Source: Trypethelium eluteriae (taxonomy: Eukaryota). From it: a DNA stretch of 51,155 bases. Location of the stretch: NCBI GenBank assembly GCA_051942245.1, contig JAVECL010000111.1, positions 1 through 51,155 of the forward strand, given 5' to 3'. Positions within the stretch are counted from its first letter, which is position 1. Each line of letters begins with the position of its first letter. The position numbers and the translations under genes are program-made. The notes under the pieces are model-generated. The model made no database searches, was not told the origin of the DNA, and saw nothing but the letters and a program-made list of their open reading frames with translations. Of this stretch, positions 37,042 through 50,300 are shown one piece after another.

Positions 37042-37053
37042 TTTTTTTTTTTT
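37042..37053 (+). terminator. RNA polymerase III terminator (T12)
   Basis: Oligo-T run immediately after the tRNA 3' end. Confidence 0.85.
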
Positions 37054-37755
37054 GGGTCTAGACTAGGCCCGGAATGTAATCACTCTTTTCTTTTGAGAAG
37101 CTTCCATCGTGTATCTGAATGCGCGACATGAGAGGCCTATCCCTTGCGCTGGTGGGCTGCCGCGCACTGATCATGGAGCACTAAATTCGGGCAATTGGTA
37201 AACAACAACAAGCTACACCACGGTTTAACACACGAAGAACTTCATTAATTCTTGTCCAATATTATTAATTTGTGTATTATGTGAACCGCTCTGATGGGTC
37301 ACAACCCACTACTTCCGTCTAAAACAAACACGCGCTCGTCCTTAGTCACCACCTGAATTTTAGCTCTATGCCTTGACACCTTTCTCAGAGAGTACATGCT
37401 AGGCTGCCTGCAGAGGTTAATACCTCCTTATCTCTTGACATATTCATCCTGTTCTTCACAAAGGGTACTCTTGAGCTACTCGCTGCCCATACAAAGAACT
37501 ACACAAGCTAGGGAACTACGCCAGCTGCAGTGTAGCTGGTGCGAAGCGTAATAAACGCACACAATTAATAACCCTTATACAGGGGAAGCTGTTATAGGAC
37601 TTACGGCCGAACTCGATTAAATAAGGTCTCGTCTAAAAGAGAACTCCGTAGAGCTCCATGGAGTGTTCTCTCTGGGAGCTGCCTCTCTGCGAAGCCGAGC
37701 AGTATTGGCAGAAACACCTTCATGCAGCTGCAGATAGGCAGGAAACACCTTTATA

Positions 37756-37933
37756 CAGCTAAAAATTCTCACATTTCAAGGCGGAATTTTCAGAGACCCG
37801 AAGTCTGATAAAAATGAGCTGTTGTTATACCGAGTGACGTTTTGAGACACGTCAGCGAAGCAGACGTTGCGTAATCCTGACCTGCAGAACCCATGCAAGG
37901 TCTGTTAAGTTACTGACCCGGCTTCAAGATTAC
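37756..37933 (+). repeat. Right copy of the inverted duplication: orphan copy of the last intron end, last exon and 3' flank of the 12.6-13.8 kb protease gene
   Basis: Matches the reverse complement of 12545-12723. The acceptor AG is lost and there is a 1-nt deletion. Confidence 0.9.
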
Positions 37934-38278
37934 CTAAATATCCCCTAGAAGTAGCATAATAACCAATATGGTTTGACAAAGGTTGGATCGCATGCCCCAT
38001 TAATATAGCAGAGGTTCTTTAGGTGATAATATCTCTTGTAACAATACTCTTAAATTTTGCAGTCAATAAATATATATTAGAATCACCATTTTGAGATAAG
38101 AAAAGAATCGCAAAAGCATTGACAAAAGATTACGTTTACATGGCAGTAACCTCGTCACTTTCCGCTGTCTGGTCTCTGCGTATAGCTTCGTCTCTGCTTA
38201 TTAGAGCGCTACTAGACGCTAATATTTGCATCCACGTAATGTAGTAATATGCCATCCTGACATGGTGAGGAAACAAAC

Positions 38279-41200
38279 TCACAGCAGAAGTATATACACG
38301 CACATTGTTGCGAGTAGTGCGACAATCATAGATACTCTGCCTCGAACTTCACCGTTACTTGTCTTCGTCGATGCAGCTCCCGTCCCCTTCAAGCCGAGAG
38401 GAGCCATTGATGGTGACGAGACAGATAAGGAAGTCGTGCTGGGGACAGAGGAGAAGCTGACCGGTTGTGTCGTGGCACCGTTAGCAATCATTAAGCCTGA
38501 AGGACCAGCCCACATAGTTTCGCCATCTATAGTGAGCGAAGCACCCCCCAATGTGAGCGTTCGCGATCCAACTATCACATTTGGAGACCCTTGGGAATCA
38601 AGCTCTTTGAATGCGGTTAAAGTGCTTGACCCGAGTGCGAGTATTGCTTCGGAGGAAGACGCCGCTCCAGAAACCGGATGAAAAGGTATAGTTCGCGCAT
38701 TGTTTTGGTCGACAATGACCAACCCTGAGGGACCCAAGGATATTGTTTCTCCATCGACGACTATTGGAGCACCGTTCAGCGTTAACGTCGATAAGCCTAA
38801 AATAGCAACTCTACCTCTATCGGATAAAGCGGGCTCCTCAGATACTGTGATTAAGCTTGAACCAATGGAGACGACCGCTTCCTGGTAGCCGGGAACGCTC
38901 TGAACTGGGGAGAATTGTGCCGTTCGTATACTGTTCCCATCAATCATAACAACTCCCTGGGAAGCGGCACTGATGACTTCGCCTCCAATCGTGACCGGGC
39001 GTCCTCCTACAGTCAGCGTGGAGCCACCAATCTCTACAATGGCGTCGGCCGCGCCTGCGTAGGATGCGCGGATTGCCGTAAGTATAGCCGATCCCAATGT
39101 GACTATCGCTTCACTGGTGTCACCGATCGCAGGTCCTGACGCGATTGTCGCCATTCCGATGGTCGCAATCTGTGGAGATCCTGAAGCGACCACGATTGGC
39201 AAAGACTCTCCGGTGCTGGTTGGGTCTAATGCCGAAATTATGTTTCCGGGAAGAATATTCGAGCCCGAACCAATATTGGAGAATACGTGAGTTGCATGGT
39301 GTCCGCTTGAACCTTCTACAGCAAGACCGCTTGGTGCCACACTCATGGTTTGGCCATCGATCACAGCTGCGGGGCCATTGAGCATGAGTGTTGTGCCTTG
39401 GATTGCCACAGCGCCTGCTTGATTCTGTGCTGCTGTCACAGCTTTGCCACCGATGTTTAGAACCACTCCCTTGCTTGCACTAGGCGCATTGACTGCATGC
39501 GTTTGCCCGTCAATGACGACGCCAGCTGAGCCCAAAAATTTGACGATTTGCGAGGAAATGGTCGCTGCTGATCCCGGCACAAGCGTTGAAGAGCCAAAGA
39601 CCAAGTTACCATCACTATCTGTGCCATACAACTTGGATCCCACGCTGATAGCTGGATCTGACCCCTGTGCTGGATCAACATACGTACTGGCTTTTGTCTT
39701 CTGCTGAGGGTCGCTTGGAGGGTCTGAAAAGTGTGCAGGTGCAGCCCCGTTAGAGTCGGCTAAGGAAGCACCGGCGGTCTTCCAGGTTTTGCTTTGCTGT
39801 AGAGCATCTCCTGGATCTGAATCGGCTTGTGATGAAACGTGGTTGGAAGGGGTTGGACCGGATCGGAGAAATGACATGATCTCGCTGTCTGGGTTTCCAG
39901 GATTTGAAGCATCCTGCGAGGTGGAAGGATCTTCGGACGGTACCGGTCTTCCGGAAGGATTTAATGGAGCTGTACGTGACGATGGGTTTGTAGAATCGTC
40001 ATCTGAAATGGGAGCTGTATTCGATATGTGGCTCCGGTCTTGAGAAGGATCCGGCGAATTAGATGAATGTGGGCCGTCGGACGGGGCTGGGTCACTGTGA
40101 GTATATGGGTCGCTGGATGAAGTTGGGTCGTTGGAACCGGACGGATCCGCTGTCTGACTGGGTCTAGGCGGTGGAGGCTGGCTTCCAGGAGTCGGCGAAT
40201 GAGACGATTTTGGAGGATCGCGCGTTGCAGTTGGAAGGGTAGTGGGCTCAGGCAGATCAGCACTCGCGTACTGCGTAAGAGCGATAGGAGGGTCTGGAAG
40301 GGCCGTGATATCTAGATAACATGTTGCCCATCTAGGATCGATGTCGATTAGTTGACTTGGATAAGACTGTTCTCATCAGTGACCTAAAAGGTCGCAGTTG
40401 CTGACGTGAACGTACCAACTGCGGAACATAATTGATGTCAGTGATAGTCTCACATTCTGGGTATGGGTCAGTTGCGCAGACTTGTTGTCCAAACCACGCA
40501 TCAGCCTATAATAGGGGTTATTAGCATGATCTTTTTGGTTGAGCATGGTAGTTACGTACAGGGACATGGTTGGGCCAGAGATCAGCAAAATTCATTGAGT
40601 AGGGGTGAAGCGATACAACTTCAGTGTGCCCAACCCATTCGCCACGGAGACTTGGTAATACTTAGTTAAGATACCGCGCTCTAAGGGTGATATTACCTCG
40701 AGACCTGCGACGAAGGCAATGCAAGAATTCCAGCAGGGACTGTCGGTCCGCAGAGACCACCTTGGCCATCATCACCACGTACTGAGTACGCAGGGTAGGA
40801 TATATATGCCGTACCGGCGGTGAAAACTGTTCCGAGGGTTGTGACTTTTGACATGACATTGCCAGTAGCTGTAACGGTGGAATCTTTGTCTCTGAGTCAG
40901 CCTTCTAACTGGTCATAGCGGAAGATAATCTTAAAGTTGCCACAAAAGTCCCCTGTCATCGACACGGCAAAGTAGATCAAACGAATAGGACCAATCCCAA
41001 GGTAACACAGGTCACAGTTGTCGGTGCCGGTGTAGGTAGTACTTACCGGCGTCGTTATACAAGGAGGTGCCCAGACAGTTGCAGGCTTCGGTCCCTTCGA
41101 ATGATCCCAAATACTCCACAAACCTGTGCATGCCTCCTGATCTATGGTGCAGTTTGGCATTGGGGGTGATGGGTATAATGAATAGCATTGCGAACTTATT

Positions 41201-42304
41201 TCCAAAAACGTTGTACCGTCCCAAGTCGAAGTAGTTGTATAATTGGCAATGCCAGTGGCACTTATAAAATCGAAGTAGGTAGCACTCTGGGTGGTTGTAA
41301 ACGAAGCACCAGACACTGTCGATAATATGGTTTCTCTCGTAAAATATGGCGTTTGCGACTGCGAAACGCTTGCGCGAGGCCATCCATCACATAAATGGTA
41401 GGTATCGTAAACAGTCGTAGGATATGCTGTAGTATCTTTGTCGGTAACAATATCCGAGGTTGTCGCATTACAGGTTGATGCGTAAAGTGAAACGGTATAC
41501 TGACTGTGTTTACTCCAGCACTAGAGGGCGTTTTCGAGATAAGTGCCATTTCGGGCGGAATTGGTATCACTAGACATCGTCAATGTTTCCATTGCGTGAA
41601 CTGTTGAGGTTCGTTCCAACGATGTGTAGTATGAGTTATTTTTCCCAGTAAGTAAAAGTTCGCTAGCCTTGACTGGTAGAACACTAGACGTGGATTTCAC
41701 AAGAGAACTTCCTTGGAGATTAACATCATGTCCGTGAGTCATGCCAGAGGTAACCGCAGAGACTGCTTGACTGGAGCTCGCTGAAGCTTTTGCCCTAGGG
41801 GTAGAAACGTTGGAGAAAGACTTCATTTCAGATGGATTGTAGACTGTCGAGGGAGATTCTGTGGGAGATGGACTGGAAGGTTGGATACCTTGATTGATGT
41901 AGGATCCTAGATTTTCTAGCCGTGTCGTTGAACCAGTGCCGCTAGTGACACTTAGCTTGTTGGCGTGGTCAGATTCATGAGATGACGACGCAATCTGTTG
42001 TACGTGAGACCATGGCACAAGGCCTTGTGCAATATGCTGTCCGAGAGGCACACTCGAAGGTTCTTGATTACCTCTCTGCGAACCGAGCAGCGATGCAGAG
42101 GTTGACTGGCCTTGTTTTGAGGGCACACTGAAATTTGCTTGAAAATGATTACACTAAGCCTTGTCTGCACTGGGAAGAGACGGAGCAGAGTAAACGTTTA
42201 TGCAAAAACTTACAAGTTGAGGCATCGCAGGATGGAATTGCAAGGCACAAGAGAAGCCCTATCACCATACTCGTGATCTTTGATCGAACGCTCAAGAACT
42301 CCAT
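38279..42304 (-). pseudogene. Large Ser/Thr/Gly-rich GPI-anchored cell-wall-type protein, disrupted
   Basis: Signal-like N-terminus 'MEFLSVRSKITSMVIGLLLCLAIPSCDA', Cys-rich middle ('CDGWPRA', 'DPRWATC...DPPIAL'), repeated 'TLT.GG....I.G..IS....GLV' units and a hydrophobic C-terminal tail. In-frame TAG at 41521-41523 and a probable GT>TT donor loss near 40935. Confidence 0.65.
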
Positions 42305-43539
42305 GTCCTCAGTCAAAGCTCAGAAACCACCTTCATGAAATACAAGATGCTCAGACCTGATGACAAAATATGATTGTTAGTATGAAACTTGGAGAGCTGC
42401 CGCGTGAGGCAACGCGTGGTTTAAAATCGGGCGTTTGCAAGTTTTTTAATCATGGTTGTTAGCCAGAGCCGCATGGGCAAGGATGTCCAGCTCAGTCTTG
42501 ACCAGCAAACCACGACATTCTGCCTGCTCTGCGTGGCTGAGCTTCAGTAGGTCATCGTGCGTGGTTGGTGGCTGGTCCCCGATTTCGACTGTGTGCCATG
42601 GCAACGCCACTGAGCCTCTCAAGACAAAGTCTTCGGTTCCAATCGTGTGCAGAACTGTCTTTGACTAGAAAATTCCTGCGCATGTTCTGCGGCTGGGAAA
42701 GATAAGAGAACTTCTTCGATGGACCTCCTGCTTGGTCTCAGTTGATAGTTCGATGTCGTATGTGTTGCATGAAAGGGGAAATATGTAACGAGAGACAGGA
42801 TAAATCTGCAGGGCATATCAAAGTTTGGCCGCCAGTTCCCATCTTGGAAGTACTGACGGGCAGCTCCGCAGCGCTACTCTACCTAGTACACATCTCGCCT
42901 GCGGACAGGGCTGAAGAGCTGCATTGCGACGCAAACTCAGCACAAAGGCAGGGTAATCGATTGGTCGCTTCTACTCGGAACGGCCATTGCTGTCTCGCAA
43001 ATGCAGTGGTCCACTAATTGTCTTTTACGGATCAATTTGCGTCAGGCTTGCGACTTTTGGCTACAGTCGAAGACTCTTCAAATTTCGGGCCGAGTTGTTC
43101 TTCCGTTGTTGCGGTCCCCCCGGCGTGTGATATCCCAAGCTCCATTCTCAATGTCACTTCTTGCTGATCAAAGCAAATAATAGTAAATCCAATCATAGAC
43201 TATGAGTTTGATCGAATAAATATGGGAGGTTCGGTCCAAACAGAGGGTTCGTTGAAATTATTCAAAATTTGTGCATAGTGGATATCGTTCTTCATTTTGT
43301 CCCAGCACTGGGACTGGTGGTTACCAGGTAATATCGTACCGTTGACAGGCTCGCCAATTATCCAACGCAAGCTTGAAAGTTGTCCGTCATCATAGTCTCA
43401 ACTTACGATGTGAGAATCTTGCAATAATCCGTCCATTTTCAGGTTTGTTTCGCGGCTTCCTCAGATCTCCTTATCCCATGTAATCCAGTTAACGTCCGCG
43501 CCAGCGTGGGCATGCAGCGACGACCTCCAGTGAAAACTA

Positions 43540-44160
43540 AATGGAGCATCGATACTACAACCAAGTCCATTATAACCATCAGTGTGGGTCTCCTTACTCC
43601 TGCTCTCAGCGACAATGTTCAGCCTCTGGCGCTTGTGGCTTGCGAGGCGTATAGAGCGAGATCTGCAGAAAGTCGGTCAGCTGGCAAAGCGAGGATACAC
43701 AACCGACGTGTTCAACGCGTCTTGGTGCTACCATTGGTTTTGCGCCCGGAGACGGCGCAAATCAACTGGCCTCATCAAATGATGCTGGGGCCCAGTGTAA
43801 CTTGTCTGCATAGGTAAGTAAACCGTTGCTAAATCCGAAAAGTTCGTTTCTTTGCGCTCGCTGCCGCCCTTCGGTCGCTTGATTCGCCGTTCAAAGCCGC
43901 TCGATGCCTCTACACCCTGTTACAGGATACGTCCTTGGAGGAACGGCGGTTGCCGACCGTCATACAATTGAAAGAGCTTTTTGTAGCCCTGAACAGATAT
44001 GTAGCTTAATTGGGCTTCATGGACTATTTGATAGGCTGGCGCATTGTATTGCAATCGAAAGAGCTGGGGCTGTTTCCACTCTTTGCTATCCCCTGCGCTG
44101 TCGCAGAGGGCTATTGCGCACGAGCCATGCTTTATGTAGGAGGGTAGCACGTGACTTATG
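43540..44160 (+). pseudogene. Possible eroded 5' remnant of a membrane-anchored enzyme gene (P450-like)
   Basis: Hydrophobic anchor plus basic stretch ('VSLLLLSATMFSLWRLWLARR') and 'MPLHPVTGYVL', reminiscent of a P450 proline-rich hinge. No catalytic motifs found. Confidence 0.25.
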
Positions 44161-45418
44161 ATCCGTGCACAACAGCCCCACCCAGGGGATAGCACCGCTC
44201 AGCTTGCAGCTGCGACAATTGAAGCATTGATCTCACCGGAATCGATTTCCTATCTCTGCGTGTCTGTCCTCTTTTGAGTACTCAATATTCAAATGATTCG
44301 GAGTCTACTTCCTAAAAGCGTGCATCTGGTAGCCGATTCACCGGAACATAGATTACCTATTGGATGAACGGGTTTCAGGAATCCAAAAGGATGATCAATG
44401 CCTTCTGTCTTGGCAAGATTTCTTGAGCAGCTGTTCGCGGACTGCGACGAAGAGTACAATGAACGGAGCGAGGGGAACGATCAGCCATCCCTTATGCAAT
44501 GTAATGTGCAAAATTTGACAGCCGACTATGGTGTATCAGCAAGTAATAGAGGCTACTCTAGTTCTTCCTCCGAGGGTATTGCAATATTCAGTACTAAGAG
44601 TGGGCTAGTAGGGTTCGGACCCAGTACTGTACATGCGAAGTTGGTGACTGTGTCGTTCTAGCTCATAGTAATTATTTGCCTGTGCTCTTGCGTTTGTTCA
44701 ACGTAGAGTAAGGGATGCGCGAGGTCAGTTTATGTGCATGGGATGGTTGAGTAAGGTGCAGGTGCGAATTCTTGACATGATGTCTTTCCAGCAATGGCCT
44801 CGCGACATTTAGCAAAGTCTTATAATGACCGCCTCAGATGATCGAGGATTTTCTTTCGTTGACTTCTACATCCTTCGGCTAGGATTTCTTTTAAACTCCG
44901 TAATTCCTGTTTTGGGTGGGTAGGTACGTAGCGGCGGGCAAAATTGGAATCATTGCAGGCCGCAACCATTTTCAGAAAATGCCAGCATGATCGAACATCC
45001 ATGTACTATTTCAGATTCTCCGGCTGGTGTCAATTCACTGAGTTGATGGTATGTTCCGCGCTTGTACCAGTCCAGAACATGGACTGGGGTTGACGGCCAC
45101 TTGGGACTCCGTACAAGCTTCAAGATTAGCTTGCCATCTATTCTCCCCGTTCACATTGTTCGTCATTTTCACAATCTTTTGGTTCTCACAAGATCATCAG
45201 CGTGAATATTGTATAGCCTACACAACATAGTAGTACACCTGAGCGCATTCTATGGATCACTGCGTCATACACTCTAGGCTATGACGCTAACACTTTCCGA
45301 ATTTTCACATATAGTCACGACTGAAACTGGCCGCCATCATTCTCTCCTATCTTAGCTATCATACAAAAGATCACATCTTCAAATTCTCTAAAAACTTAAA
45401 AAAACCCAAAACAATATC

Positions 45419-45802
45419 ATGGACGGCGACCACAGCGCCAAAACAATGGAAGCCGGCTCCAACGCCGCCCAAAACGTCAGCGAAATGACCGAAGGCATGC
45501 ACGAGAGCGTCAAACAAACCGTAAATAAGCATCCCCCACAATTTAAATTGGCCATCCACCCATTCAGCTAACTCTCGCAGCCCGCGTCCGGCACCAAAAC
45601 CACGGGCCAAGGCACCTCAATCTTCAGCAAAGACGGCGCGGTAGGCTCCATGTTCAATGCGGACGGAGCCTTAGGGGGCACGGCGCAGAAGCTGGGCGGG
45701 CCATTCGACAAGGATGGGGCGATCGGGGATAAATTTAAGGCGGATGGGAGTATTGGAGGGATGGTACAGGAGAAATTGGCGGAGAAGGGGGCAGAGCATT
45801 AG
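45419..45802 (+). CDS. Small glycine-rich fungal hypothetical protein, 107 aa; exons 45419-45520 and 45581-45802
   Basis: GTAAAT...GCTAAC...GCAG intron. The product has a duplicated motif 'KDGAVGSMFNADGALGGTAQ...GGPFDKDGAIGDKFKADGSIGGMVQ'. Absent from the ORF track. Confidence 0.8.
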
Positions 45803-46217
45803 GTATATGGAGTGGGATGATGGGTGTTAGGGACGACATCAAGAGTACGCTTGAATAGAGGACAGAGATAAGAGGTATGGGTTTTGTTTAACTGTTCTGT
45901 GGCAGTGTTGTTCCTTTTCCATCACGGTAGGCATTACTGGGTCACGCAATGCGACTTGGACTGCTGCCACGAAACTTGACCCAACACACTTTGTTTATGA
46001 ATTCTTTGGGAAGGATTAAGCTTCAATATACTACCTCAAGATCTCAGGTCACGATTCCATTTACAGAGTCCATTTATCGATGTATTGGCCCTTGTGTTAG
46101 CCTCATACCCTTATCAACTATCAGCCTCGCCGGAACATCCGAAATCCGGAAATCCCCATCCCAGCTAATACTCTCTCTACAAATTTTCCGCATCACTTAC
46201 ACAGGCGTACTACTGAC

Positions 46218-46347
46218 TGATGTTGTTCATGATGTTGATCCAATCAACCTAGCCTCCGAGGTGGTGTTTACCACACCTCACGCGCCGATCCCCCCATGTA
46301 GATCCTTTCGCCCTGCTGTAATTAGCTAATTTACCTTCGCCCTCACC
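46218..46347. repeat. Left copy of a ~130-bp direct repeat (partner 51017-51150)
   Basis: 'tgatgttgttcatga...gatccaatcaac.tagcctc.gaggtggtgtttaccaca.ctcacgcgc...catgtagatcctt.cgccctg...ccttcgccctcacc' is present at both sites. Confidence 0.9.
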
Positions 46348-47330
46348 ATTATTAAGGGAGTTCTATATAGTAGCCTATATCTCGGGCGAGCTAGATAGGT
46401 CAATTGAGTTCTTTCCTCCGATTCAGTTGTTTCTAACAACATCACTGACACACCTCTCCATTTAGTCAATATTGTAAAATCATTTTAATGCCTAGGTATA
46501 TAATAGATAATCATATATTTGATAATCACCCAGAAAATAAATTATTACTTATTTTAGTTATAAAGATATTCATTACCTAAAAAGGCGGAAAGGTGTCCAG
46601 ATACTAGGTTTATACAGATGATGCGGAAAACTCGTACCTAATTGCGGCACTGAAGCAGTAAAATCGAATAGGATAGAACGTAATGGTGCTCTAAATGGAA
46701 CTGAACTGTCTAGTTGATTGCCTCTGCGCACCTGGCTTGAAGATATCAATCTTCGATTTTCTGTAACCGTCACTTCAACTATCAGCTATCTGCGCTGTTG
46801 GAATTGATCCGGAGCCTTGGATGGATGTCTTCAAATTCCCGCGACTCATTCGAAATTCTGACAATGTGACAAAAAATGAGGCTCTATGGAACTGTAGAGA
46901 CCTGCGCACCTAACCCTAATTGAGTGGCTGGTCAGTTATTCAGATGGCTGGTAGATAAAATATAAAATTGCAGTTCCAAACCGACCTGGAGCTATAGAGT
47001 TCCCACAAGCATCCAATCTATTCATCTATCTATTAGATTCGAGTTCTCTCATCATAATGTTCAATATAGTTGTTACGCTGCATTCTCAGCAAACATCTCT
47101 TCGGTCGCGTGGATTACAGGAATGGAACTCTGTTGTCCGTGCCTCCCAAATGTACTTGATCAGAGAACGATACTGAAGACACTAGTTCCATACAGTTCTG
47201 GATACACATTCCTGTAAAGCGAAAGGCTCTCGACTCGCGAGTGTTGAGAAATGAGAATCATCATCGTTCAGAATCTACCGATATGGCTTAACCGAATCAC
47301 TGCCAGAGCTCTTTCGAATACCTCATGCAC

Positions 47331-50300
47331 CTACATCTGGCTCGTTGTCCCTCTGTCTAGATATCGTTGAATGTTTGACGCAATGGAAAAGTGGCCATAA
47401 TCTCGAGCGGCGCAGATGGCGTCCTCCAAGACTTCTTCACGTGTCTCGAATTTCAGCAGCAATGCGACCATATCCAACTTTCCACTCCTCGCAGCAGCAA
47501 GTAAGGGGCTATTTCCAATAGAGACGTCCGCTCCAGCTGCTAACAGTAGAATAGCTATGGGCAAGTCTCCTTGCGATGCAGCCATGGCAAGTGGCCCGTC
47601 GGAGTGTGGGCTTCTGCGGTTTGGGGCCATCCCTCTATCGAGAAGGAGCTTGATTAGATCGATCTTGCGATTAGAGCAGGCGATTTCCAGACAATTTCTT
47701 CCGTCGTAGCCATCTGGAGGATTGGGTTCGGCCCCCCGATCCAGAAGTAGTTTGACTAAATCGATACAATCGGGGCCATTACGCTCACATGTCGCTTCAA
47801 GGGCACTTTTGCTGAGGTCGTTGCATGACTCTATGAACCTCGCATTGATGCTTGCCCCACGGTCTATCATCATCTCAACGAGGCGTTGTTTGTGTACGCC
47901 GAGGTGTTTGGCCCCAATGAGAGCTACGTCTAGTATGAAACCTTCTCTTTTAGAACCACCCCACCTCAGTGCGTTGACGTCTGCACCATGGTCAAGGAGT
48001 AACTCGATAAATTGTATGTTGGGATTTGAGGACTCCAGTGCCAACTGAAGCGGCGTTGCAAGACCGTGCTTTCCTGTGCTGTTAGGATCAGCTCCGTTCT
48101 CGAGGAGATATTGAGCTAGACTAAAATGAACTTGATAATCAGAACGGCTCCGGAACTTTCTGTATCCACAGGCAAGTTGCAGCGGCGTACATGCACTTCT
48201 GCACTCCGTGTCAGTGATCAAAGCGCCTCGATGCATCAGTTCCTGCACCAGCTTTAGGTTTCCTATTCCTACTGCTGCTCGAAGAGGTGTCTCCGTTTCT
48301 ATATCTCGCCCTGTGCCGTTCACATCAATGCCAGTCTCCAACACCCGGTGGATGAATTCTCGACCAGGCTCGAGGAGGATGAAGAAAGACAGAGGGTGTA
48401 TATCGGCGGTGAAGTTTCGATGATCCTTCAGTGACTCTTCAGGAGAAAAGATCGATACATCTCGACGAATGAGGCTCTGCAACAAGCCGAGCGGTCTTTC
48501 CCACTGGACTCGGCGTATGATCATGCTGAATATAGACTTGCCGGTCAAGTCTATGCCATTGTCAACAAGCCACTTTAGGTTGTCCGCCTCAGTGAAATTA
48601 TTACGCCGTTCGCACAAAGAATATCGCAAGGCTGCACAACAGGTATTGATGCTGGCGCCCTGAGAGACAAGAAATTCAAGCATATCAATGTTAGCACACC
48701 CACTACTTGAGAGGAGGCCCAGCTCGTTATCGACTTGAATCCCTGTGGCAGCAAGGAGAAGGATTGAACAGTAATGTTTCTTGACTTTCAGGGTTCCGTT
48801 AATCTTGACACCGAAGTCTTTCAGCAGAGACACAGCCGCGAAATTGTTGTGTCGAGCAGCTTCTGCCATAATCACAATGCCGTCCTGTCCTGTCACATCA
48901 AGACCGCTGTCAAGAAGATATCGCATATCATCCTCACATTTGGTAATGAGGCAGGCTTCGATGAGGCCGGCTTTCACTGCAGCCTCTTTCCGTAATAGGC
49001 ATGAGATCGTATCTTTGCCGAGCGATGTGAGAGGCATGTGCTCAAAAACTCTGGCCAGAGTTTCTCCAATAGGTTCGAGGTCTTGGTACTCCCTACGATA
49101 GTGTTTGCATGAGTATCCGGATCTGTTCATACGAAGTGATAGTGTGGGTAGTCTTAGGTCGAAATTAGCATGGATCATGGATGAAAATGCCTTTGGTCTT
49201 CCGATACAACGATAAATCGAACGTTCCTGTATGCGTCGCCTTTGAGTGCCACGGGGAAAGGTTGCAATAAGGAGGTAGGCTTGCAAGTTCTGAATTCCTC
49301 TTTCTGCGTTGAAGACGATGCTCGATATAGTAAGCAGCGACTCAGGTGTTTTGTCGAATTTTTTAAGTAGTCCGATCAGCTCGTGATCGCCAGTCAAGCA
49401 GGCCTCATCAAACAGAGTTTCATCCGAGAATGTCAGGCCGTCTTCAAAATCACGTCCTTCTCGAAATGGCTCGTTAACATCTGCTTCCCTCTCGAGTAGT
49501 AGGCGTAGGGTTTCGAAACGGCTTTGTCGGTTCAAGTTATCCCTATTGAGAGCACAGAGCAAATATCCAGCGGCAGTATAACCTCCGCAACGGAGATTGA
49601 CATCCGCATCGCCCTTCAGTATAGCCTCCACGGACTTGATATTTCCTTGTACAGCTGCTTCGATAAGAGGTGAAGATACCATGTTTGATCTGTATGAATT
49701 TGAAAGATGTTGGATTGCTGTTCTCCGTTCTCGTGGTCCGTAAAAGTACGAATCGTAGTCCCAAAGCTTTTCTGGTGGGAAGATGCACGTCTGGTTGGGA
49801 GATATACGACAATCGATACATCGTTCACAGATATCACAGCAGTCGTACCAGGCTGCCAGAACAAAGACATGCGCGCCATGCCACTGTAGGAACTGTACAT
49901 TGACCATCAGTATCGACGTCAGAGATATAAAAAAGCCTTTTTGTCCAGAATAAAACGCCAAATCGAGTAACTTGCCCCAAGATGCTTGCACCGACGGAGA
50001 GTCTTGGAGCAAGAAAACTTCTAGAAGATTCCACACATTTTGGCACGCTAACCGGCGTATAAGCTCAAATATTATTTCCGAAGAGCTGAAATTATTGGTC
50101 AAATAGTATATCACCACGCTAAAAGCGTAGAACGGATCGATGTGAGGAGACAATTGTGAGCTTGGTCTGTTGTTGGGCATGTTTTCGAAATTTGTCAAAA
50201 TATCCTGGACAAGAGTTGTCTCCGATAAAAGTCCGAGTTCGGCAGCATCTACAAGATTCTGCTCCTCTTCACTTCGGCAAAAAGAATCATTAAATCCACG

